From contig CM052818.1 of the NCBI GenBank assembly GCA_028534125.1, forward strand, positions 32,180,001 to 32,244,000: DNA of 64,000 nucleotides, in the 5' to 3' direction. The notes below the pieces were generated by a model. It worked only from the letters and a program-made list of their open reading frames with translations, made no database searches and had not been told where the DNA came from. The position numbers and the translations under genes are program-made. Source of the DNA: Lama glama (Eukaryota). This document shows positions 53,536 through 64,000 of this stretch, in pieces. Numbering within the stretch: position 1 is the first letter of the stretch; each line of letters starts with the position of its first letter.

Positions 53536-53993
53536 CAGGCCATGCTGAGTTTTAGCCCCTCCTCTGCCCATGGCCAAGGTCTTGTGACACTACTGATTAT
53601 AAGCTCAGCCCCTCCCTTACCTCTGGCCCCAATTCTGTTTTAGGAAGGGGCAATTTAAGAAGTACTGAACATTCTAGGATTCAGCTCTGTTCCCTTATCC
53701 TTAGGGATGATACCTGGCTTCTGCTTTATTCTGTGGTACATGAGTCCTTGAGTCATGCCCTTGTCCCTTTAGACAAGTACCTGCCCTCATGCTAAGGTGT
53801 GGAGTCCTAGCGTGGATGTAGTGCAATGACCAAGTCCCTGTTACCTGTAGAATCCCCACCTTCCAGATTTTATGAGCTTTGCCTGCTGTTGGTCTTCTTT
53901 ATGACATGTTTCTCTCTTCTGTGATGTCACTTGCCTGACCAGCTGTATCTGTTGCCATGTCCTTCTGATACCAGATCCTGGGCCTTTCCCTGG

Positions 53994-54014
53994 CTCAGCA
54001 CCTGAGACAGCTCC
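53994..54014 (+). promoter_or_regulatory. Candidate RE1/NRSE (REST-binding site)
   Basis: cTCAGCACCtgAGACAGCtCC matches NTYAGMRCCNNRGMSAG fully, plus the distal C-N-CC. Confidence 0.55.
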
Positions 54015-55727
54015 CCATTTTGGAATGAGTTTCTGAGGTCCAGATTCTGCCTGCTTCAGTTAATCCATCATTCTGGAGTCCATAGTGACATACCCCATCA
54101 TGCGCCAGATAACACATTTGTCATGGTTTGTGATTTGGGGTAGGATCATGCCCCAAATATTAATCTAACATCTTTAGAACTGCTTATACTTGTAGAATAT
54201 TTAGCTCAATTAATCATTTATTGAGCATCTATTAAGTACTAGGCATCATGCCAAACCTTAGGGATAGAAAAGTGAAAAACTAAGATCCAGACCTTGTTTT
54301 AAGAAATGCTCAGACTAATAGGAGATGTAAACATATAAATAAATAATTGTGGTCTTTTTTTGTATCCCTTGCATATTCATTTGCATGGTTATGCTCTAGT
54401 TAATAGTTCTTCTCAAATTCTTCTTTAACTGGAGTTTCATTTTGTTTCTTAATCCTGAAGATGATCAGTTGTGAGTTCTCCTTTGGCAAGCTTTTAGTCC
54501 TTTGTTTTCTTCTCAGAGCTTGTAGCTCCATTCACTACCCCAGTGATCCCAGTGATCGTTGGTGTTGGGTTGGCTGATAAAGTGACATCCCTCTTCTTTG
54601 CTTCATGAAACCAAAGTCATGGTCTTGGACAAAGACAACAGCTTTCCCAGGTGGAGGAGGACAAGATTGTGATCAAAAGTGTGCAAGTAAGCACTTTTGT
54701 GCTAAATCTATCTGATATTCCCACTTCCAATGCCCTCATCTCCCTTTGAAGAAACACTATGGTTATGGGGCTCCACTAGGTCTTAACAATTTGATGTTCT
54801 CCCATAGACCATCATTACAAAGTGAGAGGTGGAGATCATGAGTAAATTATGAAGAAAATAATATTAGATGTCATTTATTTCCCATTCTTTGCTTTTTCAA
54901 CCAACCTCAGTATAATGTGTGAATTATGGCCATGAAGGCTGTCTGGATTCTTACCAATATTGTCTGGCCTAAACCAACTCTACAGCTCCAATGGGATCAG
55001 TCATGCTGGGGGAACTACTTGTCTTACCCTGAACTACTGCTGCTCTACTCCAGTGCTGCTGTGATTAATTAGACCTTTAGGAGAGCTAGTGAGTCACCAG
55101 TGTTTGAGTATCAGTTTGAGGGGTTAGAGAGTGACCTCAGTATTCTGCTGAATACAACAGTGTGATGAAACACAACTTATGTAATAGGAAGTAGGCACTG
55201 GGTAGATCATGGTACATATTATTAAGGAATAAATAACAGAAACTTGTCAGTTGCCTGGAAAGCAGCTTGCAAAAGTAAGAGAATGCAAATAGTTTAATCA
55301 TTTACATAGGCATATATTAATAGCATCTGTTTTTGTCCAGAGAACTGTCCTAGAACTGCATGTGAGATGATCCCTGCTGCTATGAAGTCAAGTCTAAGTA
55401 GGGCAGACAGAATGTTGGAGGCTGTTGGGTGTATGTGTGCTTGCATGTGTGTATAACTATTATGGAGGAATCCAACAGAAACAGAAATGACAATCCAAGA
55501 AAATATGCTGAGCGGAGAAGACCAAAATAACTCCAACCACACTGGGCCTCTCTTGCTGTTAAATATAGGCTGAGATCCAAACAAGCAGAGGGTAGTGTGC
55601 AGGCTGCAGGGAGAAGGGCAGACACATAAGCTGAGAGTGCTGGCTCTGACCCTGTCTATGACCCTGATTCTGTCTCAGTAAAATAACAATTAGAACAGTA
55701 AATGGGCAGGACTTCTAATGAAATAAT

Positions 55728-55908
55728 CTTGTTTGTTTGTTTTTCTTTAATTGAAGTATAGTTGATTCTGGTATATAGCCAAGTGATTCAGTTATACGTA
55801 TATATTCTTTTTCATGATAGACTATTACAAGCTATTGATTATAGTTCCCTGTACTACACGGTGGGACCATGTTGTTTATCTATTTTATATATAGTAGTTT
55901 GTATCTAC
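55728..55908 (-). mobile_element. Artiodactyl-type L1 extreme 3' end, antisense, next to a MIR core
   Basis: 'tttaattgaagtatagttgat', 'atagttccctgtactac', 'ttgtttatctattttatatatagtagtttgtatct'. Confidence 0.85.
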
Positions 55909-57849
55909 TCACTTAACCTCTTTGAGGCTGTTTCCTAATCTGTAAAATGGCATTAATGGTAAATGATTCAGGAGATGAAAAGAAATTTACTCAATGCCTA
56001 CAATGTACTGGTCACCTTACTAGGTATCAAATATTATTTCATTAGCAGATACAAACCAATGAAAGGACATAGAGTTCTTTCTTCAACTGATGTTAGTGTT
56101 CAGAAATAGCACAGTCCTAATCAGGTACAACCACCTGTCCTCAAAATCCAAGCTGGGACTTGGAAATACAGTGCCACCCTATTATCTACCCTAAATCCTA
56201 TTCCTCCAGCTTCAGATTCAGTCAGAGCCACAGACAACTGTCTAGGGGTTCAGCAGTTCCCTCCCACACAGCTCTCCCACCTCATGCTCAGTTACTGCCT
56301 GAGACACAGCGGAGAGCTGGTAGGAAGCGTCCTTTCAAGCTCTCCTACATGCTACTCTGTTTATTTCAGTCCCTTTTGGGCCATAATCTCAAACTGGCAG
56401 TCTTTAGAAATTCAATTTTTGTCTACTTTTTTGATGGCTCCAAAGTTCAGAAGGTTAGAGTATTGCTTTTTAATTAATTCTACTTTCCAGAAGCTCGAAA
56501 TGCATAGTCCTGCTAACAGTGGTCCCCTCTAACTCTACTGGAAAATGAATATGGACCTGGTAGTTGGCACTGTTTCTGGTCATTATTATTCTCTTAAGAC
56601 TTCACTCTAGAAAAACTTGCATTTTTGAAATTGCTGTCATTTAATTCCATAGGCAGTGATTTAAGCTTTCATTTTTTTCCATTAAATGAAAATTAAATTA
56701 AGCTCATTATTGTATTAGACAGGCATTGATTGTACTCACTTTGGTTTTAATTAAATGCTACTATTCATTATTTCCTCCTGTGTAGTGCTTTTAATTTTCT
56801 TTGGTATATAATTTGAGGTAACAACAATATCAGTAAATTACCCCTTACAAATAATATTCAAAGAGAAAGACATACAAAACACACTGTGAAAGCAATTTGA
56901 AGGTATTTGATTATTGTTTTTAATTTACGGGTAGGATGTTTATCAGGGGATATTTTCCCATGTTGCTCCTTTGTGATAAAGTAGGGTATGCCCATATCTC
57001 TCTTAAGCAGCTCTGACTTTTGCAGTTAATGGCTGACTTCAAGACATCATTGATCTTAAAAATGTGCTGACTTTATGTGCAACACTGAAGTTATGGTCCA
57101 GGGGGTAGATGTTTGAATTTAAGTCTAAGAACATTATCAGAAAGGTTCAGAAAAATGTCCAGAGAAGCTTATTTAGTTTTTTCTATAACATTTGTGAAGC
57201 ACTCATTTCATGCTAGACAGTCTCTTGGGTCCTGGAAATGCATGGAATGATAGAGGACCACAGACCTTGTCCTTATGGTACTTGTATCCTAAAGGGTAGG
57301 AGATAACATAATATATACTGACTGCAACCCGCCAAGAAAACAGGATTCCCATTAACCTGCTGACAAGATCACGTATTTTGCACTCGTCTCCTCTAAATAT
57401 ATCAGAATGATAGGTATGGAGTGGCGTAACTGAGCTCAGAAGTGTAGACACCTTCTCTCAAATCCAGAACAGAAGTGGAAAATAGCGAATAGATCAAGCT
57501 GCAGGACTGAAGGACTCTGAGAGAAACAGTCCATTCAGCTAGGAATTGGCCCCTATCTGTAGGGGTCACAGTAGTTCTAAGGGTGACCACCAAGATGAGA
57601 GCTCAGTGGCCAGTGCTGGCAGCCAGGGTTGACATGGGATAAACTCCCCAGTTACATAAGAAGCCTACAGAGTGCCACCAAGGCTAGTATTTGAAGCAAG
57701 CCACAGTCCTATGGACAATATCTTGTGACCTGAAACTGAACCAAACTGCCAATGATTGTACCTGGTTCTGGCCTTGAGGAGCTGTAAACAAGTGCAACAT
57801 AGGCAACTACACAGGGAGGAGTCAGCCTGGCTGGGAAGAGGAGGACATG

Positions 57850-60680
57850 TAAACAAATAAATAATTCACAATGAGCCTAGCCTTCAAGAACAAAAATTCT
57901 AAAATGTAAAAACATGCCAAGAAGAAAGCCTAAAATCAATGGTCAGGATATGAATGCTCTTCAGATTAAAAGAAGTTAACGTTACCAGTCTGAATAGCTA
58001 AAATGGATACATTTAGTAGTCAAGTAGATACATGAGGGAAAACTTCTGTTTAAAAAGTTAGGAAACAAAAGTAGGCTGACATGAAATGAGGCCAGGGAGA
58101 TATGAAAAAGAACCAGTTATAAATATTAGAAATAAAAAAGAGAGTCATTAAAAATAAAATAAATTTTAAGTAAAATTTAGCAGCTCAGTAGATGAGATGA
58201 ACTCTGGAATGGTCTTGTTCAAATGGAAAATTAGTGGAGTTTATGATTATAATCAAGGATTCACCCAGAACACAGCAGAGAGGGACAAAGAGATTTTCTC
58301 AGTTTTTGAAAAGCAGTTCAATACATGGAAGAAAGAGGATCTTACATAGTCAAACAAGGTGTCAAAAGAGAGTAGAAGGGATAAAGGAGAATCAGTACTT
58401 GGGAAAATAATGTGAGAATTTTCCAGAAATGAAGACAGGCAGAATTATTTAGATAAAAAGTTCATTCTGAGTATGCAGCAGAACTAGGCTATATATATAT
58501 ATAAAATATAATTTGTATATACATGTTATATATATATATTCCTAAACAAATTATAGTCGAACTTCAGATTATTAAGGATAATAATGAAAAAAAACTTAAA
58601 AACTAGTAGAATATTTTTAATTGAGGTATAATTGACATATTACATTAGTTTCAGGTATATAACATAATGATTCAATATTTTATGCATTACTCAAGTAGAA
58701 TATTTTTTAAGGGGACTACCTATAATCAGAACATCAAGCTTCTCATTAGCAACAAAAGATATAAGAAAACAGTAGACTAATAGTATCTTTGAATTGCTGA
58801 ATGAAAGTTATCAACCTAGAATTTTAAAGGCATGTAAAGTATCATTAAGGAATAATGTCAAAATTAAGACATTTTCAGAATTAGAAAGACTAAGAGAGAT
58901 TACAATCCATAAATTCTCATGAAAAGAATATTAAAGGATGTATTTCATCAAAAAGGAAAATAAATCTGGAAGGAAAGTATGGGATAGATGGAACTATAGC
59001 ACAGAAATGATTAATATATGTTGGTAGATTATAAAGCATTATAATTAATCATTGATTATAAGAAATAATTTAGTATATTTTAGTATATTTTCTAGAGAAA
59101 GTAAAACAAAATCGGAAGTGGTGTTCAGTGGGTACTTTAAGGATGCTAAATTCCATGTTCTTTTGCAGAGAAGGATAGAGACACTGAAAAAAATTAAATT
59201 TAGGTTTTCTTAAAAATAAATTACAGTTAAGTATGTATGTAAAAGTTTGACTGTTTCAAAGAAAAAAAAGATAATCTATAGCTTCTAATTCAGGTGAGGA
59301 TAAAGTGAATATAATATGCATAGCATATACTATACATGCTATGATATCATGTTGATCTAATAGAAGGTAAGGGGAAAAATAAAAGAAAATAATAAAATAT
59401 CAAAAAGATAATGATGGTAGTTGGTAGAAATAGGTTAAATATATCAGTAATCATGTTCTCTGACCACAGTACAATTAAATTAAAAGTAATAATCATTATA
59501 AAATAGTTAAAAATAATACTAACATATGTTTGCAGTGTAACAATGTCCTCCTAAATAACTCATGGATTAAAGAGACAATCACAATGGAAATTACTAAATA
59601 CTTTGAACTGAGAGACAAAAGAAGTACTAATGAAAACTTGTGAAATGCAGCAACAGTGAAGTTCGAGTACATTTTCCAAAAAAAAATTTGTAAAATTCAA
59701 CTCAGCAAGCTACAAATATAAAAGCTAATAAAACTTAAAGAAAATATAAGAAAAAAGGTAGTAAAGACTGGTTAACAAAGCTGGTTCTCTGGGAAAAAAC
59801 ACCTAATAAACGAGACAAAAGAGAAAAAAGAAATCAAGCAATAGCTATAGATACAGTAGAACTTTTTAAAAAATGAATTCCATAAACAGTTTTATGTTAA
59901 TTTGAAAACTTAGATGAAATGCATAATTTTCTGAAAACAGATAAATTGCCAACATCGACTCAAAAAGAAATAGAAACTTCAAATAAACTGATAACCATTA
60001 ATGAGAAGGAATCAATAATCAAGCCCTTCTATACCCCACAAAAGACACATGATCCAGATGGTTTTAGGCAAGCTTTTCTAACCCCCCAGAAACAGATAAT
60101 AAACCTTATCTTTTATAAACTATTTCAAAGAATAGGAAAAAAAAAGTAAAGCTACCTAACTCACTTAACATGGTCGGCAAACTCTTGATAACAAAACTGA
60201 CAATAAAGGAACACTTTAGACCAATTTCATATAATATCATAGTCCTAACTAAAATATAAGCAATCAAATCCATCAGTGTATTCTAAAAGTATATATGACA
60301 TAACCCATTATGATTGGTCCCAGGAATGCAAGGATAGATCAATAACAGAAAAGCTGTTACACAGACAAAGCCATTTTATCTGTCTATCTATCTACCTGTC
60401 TATAATTTAATTACCTACCTATGTAATAATAATATAAAAACATTAATGAAATAGAAAAACACCTAAGTCAAGATAGTGACTACATCTATGAAGAGAGGAA
60501 ATAATAGGAGGACAGATAGAGGCACTTTAACTTAAAATAGATATTATTACATTAAACAAAATCTAAATCAAAATGGTGAAAAACTAATGATTTGATAAAG
60601 TAGAGTTGGGCATATGGGTGTTAAATTATTCTCTAAGGGTTTCTATATGTTAAAAATATTTCACATTTTAAAATAAAATA
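57850..60680 (+). mobile_element. Old, internally deleted L1 (L1M): ORF1, ORF2 and 3' UTR remnants
   Basis: ORF 59919-60149 (MHNFLKTDKLPTSTQKEIETSNKLITINEKESIIK...PDGF) resembles L1 ORF2 'MDKFLE...LTQEEIENLNRPIT...GPDGF'. ORF1-like 'tcaacctagaatttta' and 'attaagacattttcaga'. Confidence 0.8.
58619..58693 (-). mobile_element. About 75-bp L1 3'-terminal insertion with 14-bp TSD, nested in the older L1
   Basis: TSD agtagaatattttt at 58605-58618 and 58694-58707. Body 'aattgaggtataattgacatattacattagtttcaggtatataacataatgattc'. Confidence 0.8.
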
Positions 60681-60699
60681 TTACTTAGAAATCATCTGC

Positions 60700-61042
60700 C
60701 TTGAGGCTTCCTAAGCTTGGATGTGCATGTAAATCATCTGAGAATCGTAATAAAATGCAGATTCCCATTGGGTAGGTCTCTGGACTGGAGCCTGAGATTC
60801 TGCATTTCTGAGAAGTTCCCAGGCGATACTAATGGTAACAGTGCATGGACCACACTTTGAGTAGTGAGAGTTCATATGTTAAACATACATTAAATTGGTT
60901 GGGGAGCTTTAAAGAGAACCTGCTGCCTGTGCCTCAGCCCTAGAGATTCTGATTCACCTGCTCTGAGGTGGTGCCTAGACACTGGTACTTTTGGAAAGTT
61001 CCTCATATAATGCTAGTATGCAGACATCATTTAAAACCATTG
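60700..61042. mobile_element. Two adjacent MER5-family MITEs (MER5A-like, then MER5B-like)
   Basis: 'aaaatgcagattccc...gcctgagattctgcatttctgagaagttcccaggcgat...ggaccacactttgagtag', then 'cagccctagagattctgattcacc'. Confidence 0.75.
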
Positions 61043-63294
61043 GGCACAGCTCATTTTATAGCTAAGGAAACTAAGATTCAGGAGAGGCGGATACAAATTC
61101 GGGTTGTACAGCTTGCTGGCCACTAGGACCTACTCTTGCAATTCCTATTCCAATTCTCTTTCTAGGTGCAAAATTTTTACTTCAGTCTCTTCCAATATCC
61201 TGCCCTTCAGGTTTCCAGGGAGCCCGTTGCTCATTCACTCTTAGCCCAACAACTGTGTAGCCATAGCCTAGTGAAGTAGAATTGGGCAGATCCAAAGCAT
61301 GGTTGTAAATCAAGTCAGGCTGCCATTGGCACTCTCCAGCCACCTCCCTCCCATCCTTTGCCCTTCCATGCACAAATGGAAACATTCTTGTGGAGGTTAT
61401 TGCCATGGGTTTGAATAAATGACATTATGAAAGAAGAAAAAACTTTCTTCTCCAAAGATTTTCACTTTTTGGCTTTTTGTTGTTGTTGTAGTTACATGTT
61501 GGGCTTTGTTTTCTCTTGTCAGCACTCTCCTGCTTTCTCATCAGCTGAAGTATAAAACACTGCAGTCATTCTACTGCACCAGCACTCATTTACGTGCAAG
61601 GACCCATGAGATCCATGCATGGATCTCATGCTGAAGAAAGCCTTAGTACATGACCTCATGTCACGCCACTCACTTGGCACAGGTTTAAAATGTTAGGTAA
61701 ATTTTCCCCAGCAGTTCCCAGTGTTCATTCTTCTCTTCTAGCCTTGACCTCGGTTCTTCTTTACTGATCCACTGTGATTTGATACATCCTCCCTCAGATG
61801 CAGGCATAGACATCTTTCTCCCTTAGTTCTCCTTGACCTTGAACAAGTGAGATTTATGCCTGTACCCTAAGTTCACCTTCAGATACAGAATCCTTGAACT
61901 GTATACTGTTAGAGTTTACAGAATAGAAAATCTTTCAGACCAATACTTTCCTTTTATAAAACCAAGGTGGTGGAATAACTTACTCCTCACTCATGGCATG
62001 CTGTCCAGTGGTATATCTCATTACTGACCAGCTGGATTCTACCCCTAGCAATCCTTTCCAGACCCAGAGAGAGCCTTTATGGTTCCAACACTAGTGGGGT
62101 TTTCATTTCTAATACTGGTTTCATACCAGGACTATCTCAGGGGAAAGAGGCAATGGCTGGTTAGAATTTGCCCAAGGGTTACACTAAAGGTTTATACTTT
62201 GTCCGTTTGAGATCTGTAGTCACAGGCAGAAAGGGAACAGCACAATTGACTTAATTAGGCTTTCTAACAAGCCCACTGCACTGACCATATTCTTTCATCT
62301 AAGGCAATAGGATGTGGGGCTATTAATTGCTTCCTTTGTGGGAAGAACCAAGGTTTAAGAGCCTTTGAAAATCAATCCACAAGTCATTCTGTTGCTGGAT
62401 TTTAAATAGTACCTTGACCCTCTTTCCTGAATATAAAGTAACTACTGTATCAATTGTCCTTCCTTTTACTTATCACTTTTCTGGGCAGGAAAGCTGTGAA
62501 CCATGTAAAAAGAAAAATGACAGCTGCAGAGAGGAGTCCCAGAAAACCATATTTAAGGTATACAAGGAAGAAAACTTTAGACTCAAAAACTATTAAAACT
62601 GAAAAGACCTTAGAGACACCATTGAATAAACTGGAGCCTAAAAAAGTAGCTTTGCCAAAGTCAGAGACTCTAGAAAGCTAAAGAAAGACAGGGACCTAGG
62701 ATCTGGCAGACACAGAATAATCAGTCAAGGTGGGCCTTTTATTATGCAATGTGTGCTGATAAAATAGTACATGTAAGTTGATTTTTCATAAAATCAAATT
62801 ATATGTGAAGTCTATTACTGGAGCTTGCAGTTAAGAGGAATCCAGTGATAAAGACTGGAAAACAATTTTTTTTCTTTTCCCCACTGCTCTTTTATTTTTA
62901 ATCAGGGTTTGTCCACAGGGGAGTTGCTTAAAGCCCAATATATTGGCAGTTTAATGAGTTCTTATTGTTGAGTTTGTTTTCTTACTAAGATGAAAATGAT
63001 GAAATGGTAGAATAGTTAAAGCAATGAACTACAGGTAAGGAACCAAAGTTCTAGTCCAGATCTACCACTAAGCAGTTACGTGGGCTTGGATGAGTCATTG
63101 AACCTTCATAGGCAGCTAGTTCCTCGTCAGCTGTTCTAGAATAATCTCTAAGGCCTGCCCTTCCCTAAATCTGGATCTGCTCCTCAGACACAGAAACATG
63201 GGCACCCGTTAGAGGAACACACCCAGATGCTATGTGCAGTGACTCAAAGGACCACATTTGGTCTCTTTCTCCTTGTTTAGGATCTCACACAAAT

Positions 63295-63432
63295 GTGACC
63301 CTTGCTCCAGCAACAGCATCACCTGGGAGCTCATTAGAAATGCAGAATTTCAGGCATCACCCAGACTCGCCAAACCACAACCTGCATTTTAACAAGGTCT
63401 CTAGGAGATTCATAAGCACATTGAAAGCACTG
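63295..63432. mobile_element. MER5A1-like MITE
   Basis: 'cagcatcacctgggagctcattagaaatgcagaatttcaggc...ctgcattttaacaagg...ttgaaagcactg'. Confidence 0.8.
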
Positions 63433-63759
63433 GCTTAGGACACCTAGTCCAGCTTCCTAGATGATAGATGGCTTTTCTTGGAGCTTCCTCAGTGCCCCCT
63501 TTTGTATCCACCTGTGTGTTGATAGTGCCTATCAGGCTGTAGCCTGACCCAGCCAGCCCCGGTTCTGCTTCCCTTCCTGTGTCTGACTGGCCTCTCTTTT
63601 TGGCTGATGTGTAAAGTAAGTGGGTAGGTTGACTGACAACAGAAAGAAAAGTCAGCATGTCCCTGGGGCAGGGGGACAGTAAAAACAGAGACAAGATATA
63701 TAAACAGGCATCCTGGGACCACTTAGTACAGAGATAAACAGTCCCACATGACGCAGCAA

Positions 63760-64000
63760 ACTCTGAAAATACTTACAATATAAGTTCTGTCGATTTAAAG
63801 AGTTGTTAGACAGGTTTTTCCAGGTCAAAAATAAAAAGCACGGAAGACAAATAAATAAAAGGAAAATAAAGATATGAACAGGCAGTTCACAAAAGAGAAA
63901 TAGAATGGTCAATAAAACTATGAAAAGATGCTCAACCTCAGGGAATTCAAATTAAAGCAATGAGATGCCATTTCACATCTCTCCAAAAGGCAAAAAATAT
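63760..64000 (+). mobile_element. Old L1 fragment running off the window end
   Basis: 'gatatgaacaggcagttcacaaaagag' and 'atgaaaagatgctcaacctca...aaattaaagcaatgagatgccattt'. Confidence 0.8.

Noticed and set aside
59919..60149. ORF with real protein similarity
   Set aside because: A decayed L1 ORF2 remnant, not a host gene.

Overview
Mammalian genomic DNA, most likely camelid (camel, alpaca or llama), judged from a tRNA-derived vic-1-like SINE and artiodactyl-type L1 3' ends. The window lies inside the ALK receptor tyrosine kinase gene on the + strand. It contains one coding exon (15899-16100, 202 bp, first MAM domain, matching human ALK exon 4 from memory), flanked by about 16 kb and more than 47 kb of intron. 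The rest is typical eutherian intron: L1, HAL1, L2 and L3 LINE relics, MIRs, MaLR/ERVL LTRs, hAT MITEs and microsatellites. Repeat family names and boundaries come from recognition by eye and are approximate, and many MIR and L2 fragments are not listed. All other ORFs in the track look spurious or TE-derived. I see no convincing new multi-gene system. The leads most worth checking are a TSD-flanked retro-insertion joining an L1 end to non-canonical 3' sequence (53068-53549), a full-consensus RE1/NRSE (REST) site (53994-54014), a miR-1302-like MER53 hairpin (5435-5627), a perfect 76-bp tandem duplication (7391-7542), a perfect 26-bp palindrome (61605-61630) and several repeat-free, homeodomain-motif-rich enhancer candidates.
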